64,000 nucleotides of DNA from Candidatus Microsyncoccus archaeolyticus (GCA_036987155.1 BTXY01000003.1:28098-92097); one strand, 5' to 3'; shown: positions 17,401-27,949, counted from the first letter of the stretch. The notes: generated by a model not told the origin, from the sequence alone. Program-made: numbers and translations.

Positions 17401-18478
17401 ATGGAAAAAGAAAAGCAATTAGAAGAATTATTTTCTAGAGTCCTCTCATTAGAGGACCGGCTTTGACTTAGATAATATTGAAAAGAAGAAAAAAGAGCTT
17501 AAAGAAAAAACAGAAAAATCTGATTTTTGGGACGACAATGTTAAAGCAGCAAAAATAAGTCAGGAGCTATCAGAGATAGAAGAAGAATTAGAATGGTTTA
17601 AGGAAACTAAAAAAGATTTAAAGGATATAGAAGAATTGCTTTCTTTAATTGAAAATGATGAAGAACTGGAAGAAAAAATAGACAATTTGAGTAGAAGAAT
17701 AAAGAAGAAAGAGCAGGAAGCATATTTTAATGATAAGCACGACAAAGGAAATGCAATTCTTAGTATTTTTTCAGGAGCAGGAGGACAGGACGCAGAAGAC
17801 TGGGCAGCTATGCTCTTAAGAATGTATAATAGGTATTGCGAAAGAAAGGGATTCAAAGTAATAGTGATAGACGAATCTTTGGGAGAAGAAGGAGACGAGA
17901 GGAAAGGAATAAAATCAGTAATATTTGAGATTAAGGGTAAATATGCATACGGCCTTTTAAAAAAAGAAACAGGAGTGCATAGATTAGTTAGAATTTCTCC
18001 ATTTTCAGCACAAAAACTTAGGCATACATCGTTTGCTTTAGTGGAAGTGTTACCTGAAATTACTGATAATAAAGAAATAGAAGTTAAAGAAGAGGATGTC
18101 AGAGTAGATTATTATAGAGCATCGGGTCCAGGAGGTCAGTACGTTAATAAAAGAGACTCAGCAGTGAGAATAACCCATGTCCCGACTGGAATTGTTGTGT
18201 CTTGTCAGTCAGAGAGACTACAAGGAAAAAACAAAGAAAAAGCAATAAGTGTTTTAATGAGTAAGTTGTATGCTTTTGAAAAAGAAAAACAAGAAAAAGA
18301 GTTGTCAAAAATAAAAGGGGATAAAGTTTCAGCAAGTTGGGGAAATCAAATCCGTTCGTATGTATTGCACCCATATAAACTAGTTAAAGATTTAAGAACC
18401 AATATTGAATCAACTCAGCCAGATAAAGTTTTAGATGGAGAATTGGATGAGTTTATAGAAGAAGAAATTAAATTATGA
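17401..18478 (+). CDS. prfB: Peptide chain release factor 2, requires programmed +1 frameshift (join 17401..17463, 17465..18478)
   Basis: Frame 0 encodes MEKEKQLEELFSRVLSLEDRL and then hits TGA within CTT TGA C. The +1 frame continues DLDNIEKKK... into the 17636 ORF. SPF and GGQ motifs are present. Confidence 0.9.
17452..17467 (+). promoter_or_regulatory. RF2 autoregulatory +1 frameshift site (GAGGACCGG CTT TGA C)
   Basis: CUU UGA C slippery/stop context at 17461-17467, identical to the canonical prfB site. Confidence 0.85.
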
Positions 18479-19170
18479 TAGAGTTTAAAAACGTTAATAA
18501 AAAATATCCAGCAAACTCTTTTAGAGAAGAAAAAATGGCATTAGATAATGTTTCTTTTGGTATTAAAGAAGGGGAATTTGTTACTCTTTGTGGAAGATCT
18601 GGAGCAGGGAAAACAACAATTCTTAAACTTATTTCCTGTGAAGAAAAGCCATCTTCAGGTGAAGTATTGTTTGAGAATCAAAGTATGTGTGATATTAGAA
18701 AAAGCGAGGCGTGTTTTTTAAGGCAGAAAGTTGGTTCAATTTTTCAAGATTATAAATTGTTATCTTATAAAACAGTTTTTGAAAATGTGGCATATGCTTT
18801 AGAGGCTTTTGATTTTGACGAGAACAAAATAGAGGAAGAGGTAATTCAGGTTTTAGATTTGGTTGGGTTAAAAGATAAGGTAAATTGTTTCCCAAGAGAA
18901 CTATCAGGAGGAGAAAAGCAAAGAGTTTCTATTGCCAGAGCATTGATTCATAGACCAAAAGTAATATTAGCTGATGAGCCAACAGGAAATTTAGATCCAT
19001 ATCATTCAAGAGACGTAGTTAAGGTTTTACTTAAAATAAATGAAGCTGGTTCAACGATTATTTTATCAACTCATAGTAAAGAAATTGTTAATGCTCTTAA
19101 AAAAAGAGTAATAACTCTTGAAGATGGAAGAATAATAAGAGATGAAGAAAAAGGAAGATTCTTTTTATGA
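18475..19170 (+). CDS. ftsE: Cell division ATP-binding protein FtsE
   Basis: GRSGAGKTT, LSGGEKQRVSIARAL and ILADEPTGNLD motifs. Confidence 0.9.
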   Translation: MIEFKNVNKKYPANSFREEKMALDNVSFGIKEGEFVTLCGRSGAGKTTILKLISCEEKPSSGEVLFENQSMCDIRKSEACFLRQKVGSIFQDYKLLSYKTVFENVAYALEAFDFDENKIEEEVIQVLDLVGLKDKVNCFPRELSGGEKQRVSIARALIHRPKVILADEPTGNLDPYHSRDVVKVLLKINEAGSTIILSTHSKEIVNALKKRVITLEDGRIIRDEEKGRFFL

Positions 19171-20072
19171 TTAAATATATCATTAAAATATTTAAAAGCG
19201 GATGGATTAATTTAAAAAGGCAAGGCTTTTTAACTTTAGCGACTTCTATCGTTATTTTCATTGCTGTTCTTTTGGGAACCTTTTTATACATGTTTCAAGG
19301 AGGAATGTCTTTTCTAACAGAAGCAATAAAAGACAAAATTGATGTTTCAATATATTTTAATGAACAAGTATCAAGAGAAGAAATATTAAAAATAAGGGAA
19401 GAAGTGGCCAAGTTAGAAGAGGTAAACAAAGTAAGTTATGTTTCTCCAGAAGAAGCTTATGAAAACTTTGTCAAAACTCATGAAAATGATCCTTATTTAG
19501 AATCATTAAAAGCAATAGAGATTAATCCTTTTTTACCCTCACTTGTTATTCAAACAAAGGAGCCCTCACAGTATAAAGTAGTTTCAGAGTTTTTTAAAAA
19601 AGAAGAATATTCGTCGCTAGTTTATGAAATAGATGATTATAAGAGGGGAACTATAATTGATAGAATTTCTAGTCTTTCTTCTGGAATTAGAAATATTGGA
19701 ATGGTTTTGACCTTATTTCTAGGTCTTATTGCTATAATAGTTACTTTCAATACATTAAGAGTTAGCATTTATTCTCAAAGAGAAGAAATAGAAATAATGA
19801 GATTAGTTGGTGCAAAAAATAGTTTTGTTCGTGGCCCATTTTTAATTCAAGGAGTTCTTTGCGGGCTTTTTGCAGCAATCCTTTGCTTTGTTTTTTCTTT
19901 ATTACTACTATTTTTATTAAAATCAAACCTAGAAAATCTTTTTATGGGTTTTGATATGTTTGGTTTTTATAAAGACCATATAATAATTATATTATTGCTT
20001 CAATTGTTTATTGGGGTGGGATTGGGCTTGATTTCTAGCTTCTTTGCTGTTAGAAAGTATTTAAAAGACTGA
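19167..20072 (+). CDS. ftsX: Cell division permease FtsX
   Basis: Follows ftsE with a 4-nt overlap. 4 TM helices, an extracellular domain, and EIEIMRLVGA. Confidence 0.85.
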   Translation: MIKYIIKIFKSGWINLKRQGFLTLATSIVIFIAVLLGTFLYMFQGGMSFLTEAIKDKIDVSIYFNEQVSREEILKIREEVAKLEEVNKVSYVSPEEAYENFVKTHENDPYLESLKAIEINPFLPSLVIQTKEPSQYKVVSEFFKKEEYSSLVYEIDDYKRGTIIDRISSLSSGIRNIGMVLTLFLGLIAIIVTFNTLRVSIYSQREEIEIMRLVGAKNSFVRGPFLIQGVLCGLFAAILCFVFSLLLLFLLKSNLENLFMGFDMFGFYKDHIIIILLLQLFIGVGLGLISSFFAVRKYLKD

Positions 20073-20143
20073 TCGGGGGTCGTCTAATGGTAGGACGCCA
20101 GGTTCTGACCCTGGAAATTGGGGTTCGAGTCCCTACGCCCGAA
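20073..20143 (+). tRNA. tRNA-Gln (anticodon CUG)
   Basis: U1:A72 acceptor TCGGGGG/CGCCCGA (one mismatch), anticodon arm CCAGG-TTCTGAC-CCTGG, T-arm TGGGG-TTCGAGT-CCCTA. Starts immediately after the ftsX TGA. Confidence 0.85.
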
Positions 20144-20204
20144 CATTTATGTATATTGTCTTGAATAAATTGATAATTAATAGTACTATTATATATAATA
20201 ATTT

Positions 20205-20236
20205 AACCAGATAATATTAGAAAATTCTGGTTTTTT
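20205..20236 (+). terminator. Hairpin AACCAGA-14nt-TCTGGTT + T-run
   Basis: 7-bp inverted repeat followed by TTTTT, downstream of tRNA-Gln. Confidence 0.4.
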
Positions 20237-20266
20237 AGCAGATAACAAGCATTAATTTTCATTATT

Positions 20267-21046
20267 ATGACTAAAGAATTGAAATCAGTGTATATTACTT
20301 TTTTGTTTAGCGTTGTTTCAATTATCACGCATAATTATCTTTATTTTAAATTAGGAAAAGAAGAGGGCGTGTTTTTTGTTCTTTCTTTTCTTTCTCTGGT
20401 GGCTTTTGTTTTTGCAATAATCGCAGCACTTACAAAAATTGTATCAGAAAAGAAAACAGATGATTTATGGCTAATAGGCTTTTTGGGCATTTTGGGCTTT
20501 TTAGGATTGGTTCCTGAAATAGGGATTATTTTCTTTGGATTCTTTGGATTTTTCTTTTTCTTTCTTCTAAAGTTTGGCTATGATTCTTATATTAATTTGA
20601 AAAATATCTGTCTTGCTATTGCTTTGATAAGCACTGTTGGTGCACTATGTTTTAGTTTTTATCAATCGATTTATAATAATCAAGATAATGTTTATGAATT
20701 GTTTAAATTTATGCAGGAAGAGGAGATGCTTAAAGAAATAGATTTTACTGAAGTAGAAAGAATAACGTTTTATTGGCCTTCTAAGACTGATCCAATAAAA
20801 GGTAAGGGATTTAAAGAAATGACGATTACAACTGATGAATATGATACTTTGAGAAATTTTTTTGATGCAGCTGGATTTGAAATGGATTTTTTTGATATAG
20901 AATCAACAACCAATGCCGGTGTTTCTGGATACAAAAAAGAAAATGTTTGGTGTGTTCTAAAAGCGGGTCTTTATTATGATGAAAACGGAGACCCAATTCC
21001 AGAAGACAGAATGAGATGTAATATATATTGTGCTCAAATAGATTAA
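20267..21046 (+). CDS. Hypothetical membrane protein (N-terminal multi-TM, C-terminal soluble domain)
   Basis: Hydrophobic helices through about residue 140. No recognisable motif. Confidence 0.6.
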   Translation: MTKELKSVYITFLFSVVSIITHNYLYFKLGKEEGVFFVLSFLSLVAFVFAIIAALTKIVSEKKTDDLWLIGFLGILGFLGLVPEIGIIFFGFFGFFFFFLLKFGYDSYINLKNICLAIALISTVGALCFSFYQSIYNNQDNVYELFKFMQEEEMLKEIDFTEVERITFYWPSKTDPIKGKGFKEMTITTDEYDTLRNFFDAAGFEMDFFDIESTTNAGVSGYKKENVWCVLKAGLYYDENGDPIPEDRMRCNIYCAQID

Positions 21047-21048
21047 TT

Positions 21049-21459
21049 ATGGATAATTGTATATTTTGTAAAATTATTAACAATGAAATACCTTCGTATA
21101 AAATATATGAAGATGATTTAGTTTTAGCTTTCTTAGATATTAATCCAGTTGTTTTGGGGCACACCTTGATTATTCCTAAAAAGCATTTTGATAATATATG
21201 TGAGATCGAAGATAATTATCTAGAAAGAATAATTGTTGTTTCAAAAAAAATATCATTAAAAATGAAAGAAACCTTAGGGGTAGAGGGGATTAATCTTTAT
21301 CAGGCTAACGGCTCTGTTGCTGGTCAAACTGTTTTTCATTTTCATTTGCATGTTTTAGGAAGGAACAGCGGAGATGGATTAAAAGGAATAGAAGAAGGAG
21401 CAAAAAGAGTTCCAGTTAATAATTTGGAAGAAATTAAGAACAAATTAAAATTATGTTAG
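21049..21459 (+). CDS. HIT family (histidine triad) protein
   Basis: CIFCKII...P and the HFHLHVLG histidine triad. Trimmed to ATG 21049. Confidence 0.85.
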   Translation: MDNCIFCKIINNEIPSYKIYEDDLVLAFLDINPVVLGHTLIIPKKHFDNICEIEDNYLERIIVVSKKISLKMKETLGVEGINLYQANGSVAGQTVFHFHLHVLGRNSGDGLKGIEEGAKRVPVNNLEEIKNKLKLC

Positions 21460-22400
21460 ATATAGGGCAATACATATTAGGAGCACTTATATTTATAGTT
21501 TCTGCTTATGTTATAACAATAATTAAGTCTTTTTTGGTTAGATTTTTCCAAGACAAATCAAAAGATTTTCCTTTGAAGCTGGTTAAACAATTTGGTTGGC
21601 CATTTACTGTTTTTATTTCTCTAGTAATATCAATTCAATTTTTTGATATTTCTTTTATTCCTGAAGAATACTTATTTTTGATTCCATTTATAATTATTTC
21701 TTATTACTCATTAAAAATTGTTCAATTATTTTTAGATTTATTATTAAAACCCAAAGACGAAGAATTTGCTTTAATAGTTAAATTCGTTAGACATTCAATA
21801 ACGTGGGTTATTTGGTTTATTATTATTGTTTTAGTTCTTAAGAACTTAGGATTTAATATTTCGACTCTTTTAACTAGTTTTGGAATACTGACTATAGTTA
21901 TTGCTTTTACTGTTCAGAATATTTTGATGGACGTTTTTGCTTATATTTTTATTCATTTAGACAAACCATTCAAAATAGGTGACTTTATAATCGTTGGTAG
22001 TGAAAGCGGGACCGTTAAAAAGATAGGATTAAGATCAACTAGAGTGCTTTCTTTAAAAGGAGAAGAATTGATTTTTTCTAACAGAAAATTAACTGAAAAT
22101 GTTATTCACAATTATAGAAGGATGGTGAAAAGAAGGAAGACTTTTGAGATTAGGGTTTCTCAAAGCACTTCTTTGGAGGATTTGAAAAAACTACTTCAAG
22201 AAATTAAAAATATAATAAAAGAAGAAGAATTAGCTGAAACAGAAAGGGTTCATCTAAGAGACATAGAGGGTTCCTCTTTTATTTTTGAGGCTGTTTACTA
22301 TATTAAATCAAGCGACTATAATATATATATGGATGTTCAAGAAAACATTAATTTTAAAATTAAGGAATTTTTAGACAAAAAGAATATTAAATTAGTTTAA
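21453..22400 (+). CDS. Mechanosensitive ion channel (MscS family)
   Basis: TM helices followed by PFKIGDFIIVGSESGTVKKIGLRSTRV. Confidence 0.8.
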   Translation: MLDIGQYILGALIFIVSAYVITIIKSFLVRFFQDKSKDFPLKLVKQFGWPFTVFISLVISIQFFDISFIPEEYLFLIPFIIISYYSLKIVQLFLDLLLKPKDEEFALIVKFVRHSITWVIWFIIIVLVLKNLGFNISTLLTSFGILTIVIAFTVQNILMDVFAYIFIHLDKPFKIGDFIIVGSESGTVKKIGLRSTRVLSLKGEELIFSNRKLTENVIHNYRRMVKRRKTFEIRVSQSTSLEDLKKLLQEIKNIIKEEELAETERVHLRDIEGSSFIFEAVYYIKSSDYNIYMDVQENINFKIKEFLDKKNIKLV

Positions 22401-22401
22401 T

Positions 22402-23661
22402 ATGAAAAAGAAAACTAAAAAACAAAAGAAAATAATTGTAAAAAAACAAAAGAAAAAATCGACTGTCAAAAAAGAAAAGAAGACTGTTTCTAAAAAGGAA
22501 AATGAAGATGCTTTAATTAAGAAAGTCAAAATTAAGGTTATTGGTATAGGTGGGGGAGGAGGAAACATTGTTTCAGAGCTATCTAAGAAATTAAAAGATT
22601 TTTCTTCCCAAAAAGTAGAATTTGTTGCTGCTAATACTGATAATCAGGCTTTGGGTGTTTTAAGTAAAAACATTAAGGTTTTTCCTTTTGGACAAAAATT
22701 AACTAGAGGATTGGGTGCAGGAAGAGACGTCTCGATTGGAGAGAGAGCTGTGAGGGAAGATGTTGAAAGAATAAAAACTTTGTTTTCAGACAATAAAGAT
22801 TTATATATTATTGTTTCTTCTTTAGGAGGAGGAACAGGAACTGGGGCTACTCCGGCTTTTCTTAAAATTGCTTCGCAAATGAATTTAATGTGTCTTGGTA
22901 TTTTTACTCTGCCTTTTTCTTTCGAAGGAAAAAAGAAAATGGATTTGGCTTTAGATTCCATAGATCAAATGAAGGACAATTTAAATGCATACATGGTTTT
23001 GCCCAATGAAAAGATATTTGGTTTAACAAAAGAAGAAGTTTCTTTTACAGATTCATTAAATTTACTTAACAATCACTTAGCTAATTGTTTGGAAGGACTA
23101 CTCCGAACAATTTATTCTCCAGGAGTTATTAATATTGACTGGGCAGATATTAGGACAATTTTAGAAGGAAAAAGAAGCTTAGCCTACCTTAATGTGGCAA
23201 AAAGCAAAGGATCTCAAAACCTTGAGGAGCTCTTGAAAAAACTTATTAAAAATCCTATTCTGGATTATAACTTTGAGAATGCAGATAATATAATGTTTAA
23301 CATAGATGGATCAAAAGAAATGTCCCTTCAGTCCTTGTCTTTAATTAGCGAGAAGATAAGCGAATTGTCCCCCAATGCTAGAATAATATTTGGATTAACC
23401 AGTAATCCTAAGATGAAAAATGAAATTAAGGTTACAATTTTATCTACTGGTAGTCATGATAAAAGAGAGTTGAAAAAACACAAAAAATTAAAGAAACAAA
23501 AAAAAGAAGAGAAAAAAGAAGAAGTGGTCGAAGAGAAAATCAGGAGAACTGCTGTTGAGGTAAAAGAAGCAGAAAAGAAAAAGCAACAACAAGAAGAGGA
23601 GGATGAAAAAATATTTGAAATACCAGCGTTTTTAAGAAAAACTAAAAAGAAAAAAACATGA
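22402..23661 (+). CDS. ftsZ: Cell division protein FtsZ with a ~45-aa lysine-rich N-terminal extension
   Basis: GIGGGGGNIV, GGGTGTGA, and the C-terminal peptide IFEIPAFLRK. Confidence 0.9.
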   Translation: MKKKTKKQKKIIVKKQKKKSTVKKEKKTVSKKENEDALIKKVKIKVIGIGGGGGNIVSELSKKLKDFSSQKVEFVAANTDNQALGVLSKNIKVFPFGQKLTRGLGAGRDVSIGERAVREDVERIKTLFSDNKDLYIIVSSLGGGTGTGATPAFLKIASQMNLMCLGIFTLPFSFEGKKKMDLALDSIDQMKDNLNAYMVLPNEKIFGLTKEEVSFTDSLNLLNNHLANCLEGLLRTIYSPGVINIDWADIRTILEGKRSLAYLNVAKSKGSQNLEELLKKLIKNPILDYNFENADNIMFNIDGSKEMSLQSLSLISEKISELSPNARIIFGLTSNPKMKNEIKVTILSTGSHDKRELKKHKKLKKQKKEEKKEEVVEEKIRRTAVEVKEAEKKKQQQEEEDEKIFEIPAFLRKTKKKKT

Positions 23662-24536
23662 AAGAAATAAAAAAAGCAATATTTCCCATTGCGGGACTAG
23701 CAACAAGATTTTTGCCATTTTCAAAAGCAGTTTCAAAAGAATTGATTCCTTTAGTTGACAAGCCTCTTATTCATTACAACGTGGAAGAAGCTTTACTTTC
23801 TGGAATAAAGCAAATAGAATTTGTAGCAAGACCAAAACAAAAAGATTTTTTAAATTATTTTAATAGAGATATTGAATTAGAAAAGTTTTTAGAGGAAAAG
23901 CATAAAAAAGATGAATTAAAATACTTAAAGGAAGTAGAAGATTATTTTAAGGCTATTAATTTTTCTGTTTCAACTCAAAAAAAAGCATCTGGAGACACCA
24001 ATGCGATTTTTCAATCTAGAAAGTTTGTTGGAAAAGATCCTTGCGGAGTTTTCTTTTGCGATGACATAGTTAAATCAGAGGAACCATGTTTTTCTCAATT
24101 AGTGCAGGTTTTTAAAACTTGTAATAGGCCAGTTTTAGCATTAATGCAAATGCCCGACAATAGACTCTCTAGCTACGGTGTTGTTAGTGTTGAAAAAATT
24201 GCGAATAGTTTCTATAAAATAAAAAAAGTTGTTCAAAAGCCAAAACAAGGAGAAGCTCCTTCTAATTTGGCAATTTTAGGAAGAATGATTTTAACTCCAG
24301 ATGTTTTTGAATTTATAGCTTCTGATAAAAAAATGATTGCTAATGATTTTTCAATTACTCAAGTTCTAGGTAAAATGGCTGAAGAAGGAAAGCCAGTTTA
24401 TGGTTATGAAATAAAAGGAGAGTGGTTAGAATGTGGAAACAAGAAACTTTGGTTAGAATCTTTTATTACTCTTTTATTAGATGACCCAGAATTTGGTTTG
24501 GAAATTAGAAAAAAACTAAGAGACATGAAAATATAA
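23658..24536 (+). CDS. galU: UTP--glucose-1-phosphate uridylyltransferase
   Basis: KAIFPIAGLATRFLPFSKAVSKELIPLVDKPLI. Confidence 0.8.
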   Translation: MKEIKKAIFPIAGLATRFLPFSKAVSKELIPLVDKPLIHYNVEEALLSGIKQIEFVARPKQKDFLNYFNRDIELEKFLEEKHKKDELKYLKEVEDYFKAINFSVSTQKKASGDTNAIFQSRKFVGKDPCGVFFCDDIVKSEEPCFSQLVQVFKTCNRPVLALMQMPDNRLSSYGVVSVEKIANSFYKIKKVVQKPKQGEAPSNLAILGRMILTPDVFEFIASDKKMIANDFSITQVLGKMAEEGKPVYGYEIKGEWLECGNKKLWLESFITLLLDDPEFGLEIRKKLRDMKI

Positions 24537-25441
24537 TGATATACGATTTAATCATTATTGGCGGTGGATCAGCTGGAATTACTGCTGGTATTTATGCAGC
24601 AAGACAAAAAATGAAGACCTTGCTTTTAACAAAGTCTTTTGGTGGTCAGATGGTTCATAAATCTGTAGATATTGAGAACTATCCTGGGTTTGATAAGATT
24701 TCTAGTTTTGAATTAATCCAAAGATTTGAGAATCAGTTAAGAAGTAAAGATGTTGAAATTGAAACAGATAGGGTTTTGTCTGTGATTAAAAAAGAATATT
24801 TTGAAATATCAACTGAATCTAATAAAAAATATGAGTCTAAAGCATTAATTATTGCTACCGGCTCTGAGCCAAGAAGATTAAACATTAAAGGTGAAAAAGA
24901 GTTTTTAGGAAAAGGGGTAAGTTATTGTGCTACTTGCGACGGTCCATTTTTTTCAAATAAAAGAGTAGTAGTTATTGGTGGTGGAGAGGCTGGATTTGAA
25001 ACAGCAATGTTTTTAAATAAATATGCTTTAGAAATAATAATTTTAGAACAAGGAAGTTTTTCAAAAGCGAGTAAAGAAATTCAAGAAAAAGCATTTGAAA
25101 CAGGAATAAAATTAATCGTTAATGCAGAGGTTAAAGAGATTAAGGGAAATGATTTTGTAGAAGAAGTTTTATACAACAATGAGATAATTAAGACCGATGG
25201 TGTGTTTATTCAAATCGGATATGTGCCAGATGCTTCTTTTGCCAAGGATTTAATTGATGTTAATGAAAAAGGAGAAATACTGATTAATTTTGAAACATTA
25301 GAAACTAAAACTCCTGGTCTTTTTGCAGCAGGAGACATTAATGCGGGTAAAGTTAAGCAAATAGTTACTGCTTGTGGAGAAGGTGCTCAAGCAGCAATGT
25401 ATGCATATAATTATTTAATAAAAGAATATGGCAATAATTAA
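24536..25441 (+). CDS. trxB: Thioredoxin-disulfide reductase
   Basis: IIGGGSAG, redox-active CATCDG, and GGGEAG. Confidence 0.85.
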   Translation: MIYDLIIIGGGSAGITAGIYAARQKMKTLLLTKSFGGQMVHKSVDIENYPGFDKISSFELIQRFENQLRSKDVEIETDRVLSVIKKEYFEISTESNKKYESKALIIATGSEPRRLNIKGEKEFLGKGVSYCATCDGPFFSNKRVVVIGGGEAGFETAMFLNKYALEIIILEQGSFSKASKEIQEKAFETGIKLIVNAEVKEIKGNDFVEEVLYNNEIIKTDGVFIQIGYVPDASFAKDLIDVNEKGEILINFETLETKTPGLFAAGDINAGKVKQIVTACGEGAQAAMYAYNYLIKEYGNN

Positions 25442-26681
25442 AGAAATTAAAGCCAGAGAAATTCTTGATTCAAGGGGAAACCCAACAATTGAAGTAGAAT
25501 GCGTTACTGATGATGGTATTTTTATTGATAGTGTTCCTTCCGGAGCTTCAAAGGGAGAAAGAGAAGCTTTAGAACTAAGAGATAATGGAATAGAGTATAG
25601 AGGCAAGGGCGTTTCAAAAGCAGTAGATGCAGTTAATAAAATAATTGCTTCTGAAATAATAGGCCTTGATTCTGAAGATCAGCAAAACATTGATAAGCTA
25701 ATGATTGATTTAGATGGAACACCCAACAAATCAAAACTAGGAGCTAATAGTATTTTAGGTGTATCAATGGCTGTTTGCAGAGCAGGTGCCAAATCAAAAA
25801 ATCTTCAACTGTATGAATACATATCTTTTCTTTGTTTTGATAGGTATAAAAGAAAATATAAAATACCCAAATGTTGTTTTAATGTAATTAATGGGGGAAA
25901 GCACGCGGGAAACAATCTTAGTTTTCAGGAATTTATGATTGTTCCTTTTTCTAATAGTTTTAAAGAAGAATTGAGAATGGCTTCTGAAATTTATTATAAT
26001 CTTAAATCTAAGTTAAAGAAAAATTATTCTTCAAATGCAATTAATGTCGGAGACGAAGGAGGATTTGCTCCTCCAATTGATGTTCCAGAGGTTGCTTTAG
26101 GAAATATTACAGGAGCAATAGAATCTTCTGGATATAATGACAACACAAAGATTATACTTGATGTAGCAGCAACTAGTTTTTTTAAGGATGGATATTATTC
26201 TTTGAGCACAGGAGGATATAATACTAGTGAACTTATAGAATATTACAATAATCTAATTAAGGGCTATCCAATTATTGGCATAGAAGACCCTCTAGAAGAA
26301 AACGACTGGAATGGTTTTAAAGAAATAACCAAAACAATAGGGAAAGACATAATTATTATTGGAGACGATTTGCTTGTAAGCAATATTGAGTACATTAAAA
26401 AAGCTAATGAGGAAAATGCTTGCAATGCAGTACTACTTAAATTAAATCAAGTGGGAACAGTAACTGAACTTATTGCTTCAGCTAATTTAGCTAAAAAATA
26501 TGGCTGGAAAACAATTGTTTCGCATCGTTCAGGAGAAACAACCGATGATTTTATATCCGATCTAGCAGTAGGAATTGATTCTGATTACATGAAATCAGGC
26601 GCTCCTGCAAGGGGTGAAAGAGTATGTAAATACAATCGCTTGCTTAAAATAGAGGAAATGATAAAATATTTAATAGATTAA
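25428..26681 (+). CDS. eno: Enolase
   Basis: AREILDSRGNPTIEVE, SHRSGETTD and KYNRLLKIEE. Confidence 0.95.
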   Translation: MAIIKEIKAREILDSRGNPTIEVECVTDDGIFIDSVPSGASKGEREALELRDNGIEYRGKGVSKAVDAVNKIIASEIIGLDSEDQQNIDKLMIDLDGTPNKSKLGANSILGVSMAVCRAGAKSKNLQLYEYISFLCFDRYKRKYKIPKCCFNVINGGKHAGNNLSFQEFMIVPFSNSFKEELRMASEIYYNLKSKLKKNYSSNAINVGDEGGFAPPIDVPEVALGNITGAIESSGYNDNTKIILDVAATSFFKDGYYSLSTGGYNTSELIEYYNNLIKGYPIIGIEDPLEENDWNGFKEITKTIGKDIIIIGDDLLVSNIEYIKKANEENACNAVLLKLNQVGTVTELIASANLAKKYGWKTIVSHRSGETTDDFISDLAVGIDSDYMKSGAPARGERVCKYNRLLKIEEMIKYLID

Positions 26682-26698
26682 AATAAATTAGTAAAAAA

Positions 26699-26935
26699 AT
26701 GAAAGTTAGATTATTTTCAACACCAATCTGTCCATATTGTTTGACATTAAAAAGGTTTTTAGAAGAAAAGGGAATAGAAGTAGAAGTAATTGATGTTTCT
26801 ATAGACGAGGCTGCTAGAAATGAATTAGTTGAAAAAACAAAACAAACAACTCTTCCTGTTCTAGACGTTGAAGGAGAATTTATTGTTGGTTTTGATAGAA
26901 AAAAGATTTGTGAAAAATTAGGAATAGAAGATTAA
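26699..26935 (+). CDS. Glutaredoxin/NrdH-like small thiol-disulfide protein
   Basis: 78 aa, CPYC active site, TLPV. Confidence 0.7.
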   Translation: MKVRLFSTPICPYCLTLKRFLEEKGIEVEVIDVSIDEAARNELVEKTKQTTLPVLDVEGEFIVGFDRKKICEKLGIED

Positions 26936-26953
26936 ATTTTAAAAAACAAAAAT

Positions 26954-27949
26954 ATGGCAAAAATAGCAATAAATGGTTTTGGAAGAATTGGAAGGTGCGT
27001 TTTAAAAATTATCCTAGAAAAAAAACTTGACTTAGAGGTTGTTGCAATTAATGATTTGACTGATTCAGAAACTTTATCCCATCTTTTTAAATATGATTCT
27101 GCTTACGGAAGGTTTAAGGGAGATGTTTCTGTAAGTGGTAATGAGATAGTGATTAATAATAAGAAAATAAAGATTTTTTCTGAAAAAGATCCAGAGAAAT
27201 TACCTTGGAAGGATTTAGGAGTCGATGTTGTTTTAGAGTGTACAGGAGTTTTTACTGATAAGGATGGAGCTTCTAAACATATCAAAGCTGGGGCTAAAAA
27301 AGTAATCATTTCTGCTCCTGCTAAATCAGATGACATTCCTTCATATGTTTTAGGCGTTAATGCTAATGAATATAAAGGAGAAGAAATAATTGATATGGGA
27401 TCATGTACAACTAATTGCTTAGCGCCTCTAGTTAAAGTTATTGAAGAAGAGTTAGGAATTGTTAAAGGATTTATGACCACAATCCATTCCTATACCAATG
27501 ACCAAAGAGTTCTAGACTTGCCTCATAAAGATTTAAGAAGAGCAAGAACCGCAGCAACTAATATTATTCCAACAACAACAGGAGCTGCTAAAGCAATTGG
27601 AAAAGTAATTCCTTCAGTTTCAGGAAAGTTAGATGGAATTGCAGTAAGGGTTCCTACGCCAGTTGTTTCACTTGTTGATTTAGTTTGTGAAATTAAAAGA
27701 GAAACAACAATAGAAGAAATAAATAATATTTTTAAAAAATATTCTGACAAGGGAGACTTAAAGGGAATTCTTTACGCAGAAGAAGATCCATTGGTTTCCT
27801 CTGATTTTATTGGTAATACTTTTTCTTCAATATTTGATTTAGAATTTACTAGAGTTAATGGAAACATGATTAAAGTAATGTCTTGGTATGATAATGAATG
27901 GGGCTATTCATCAAGATTAGCTGAAATAGCTTTGTTTATTTCTAAATAA
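26954..27949 (+). CDS. gap: Glyceraldehyde-3-phosphate dehydrogenase
   Basis: INGFGRIGR, SCTTNCLAP and WYDNEWGYS. Confidence 0.95.
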   Translation: MAKIAINGFGRIGRCVLKIILEKKLDLEVVAINDLTDSETLSHLFKYDSAYGRFKGDVSVSGNEIVINNKKIKIFSEKDPEKLPWKDLGVDVVLECTGVFTDKDGASKHIKAGAKKVIISAPAKSDDIPSYVLGVNANEYKGEEIIDMGSCTTNCLAPLVKVIEEELGIVKGFMTTIHSYTNDQRVLDLPHKDLRRARTAATNIIPTTTGAAKAIGKVIPSVSGKLDGIAVRVPTPVVSLVDLVCEIKRETTIEEINNIFKKYSDKGDLKGILYAEEDPLVSSDFIGNTFSSIFDLEFTRVNGNMIKVMSWYDNEWGYSSRLAEIALFISK

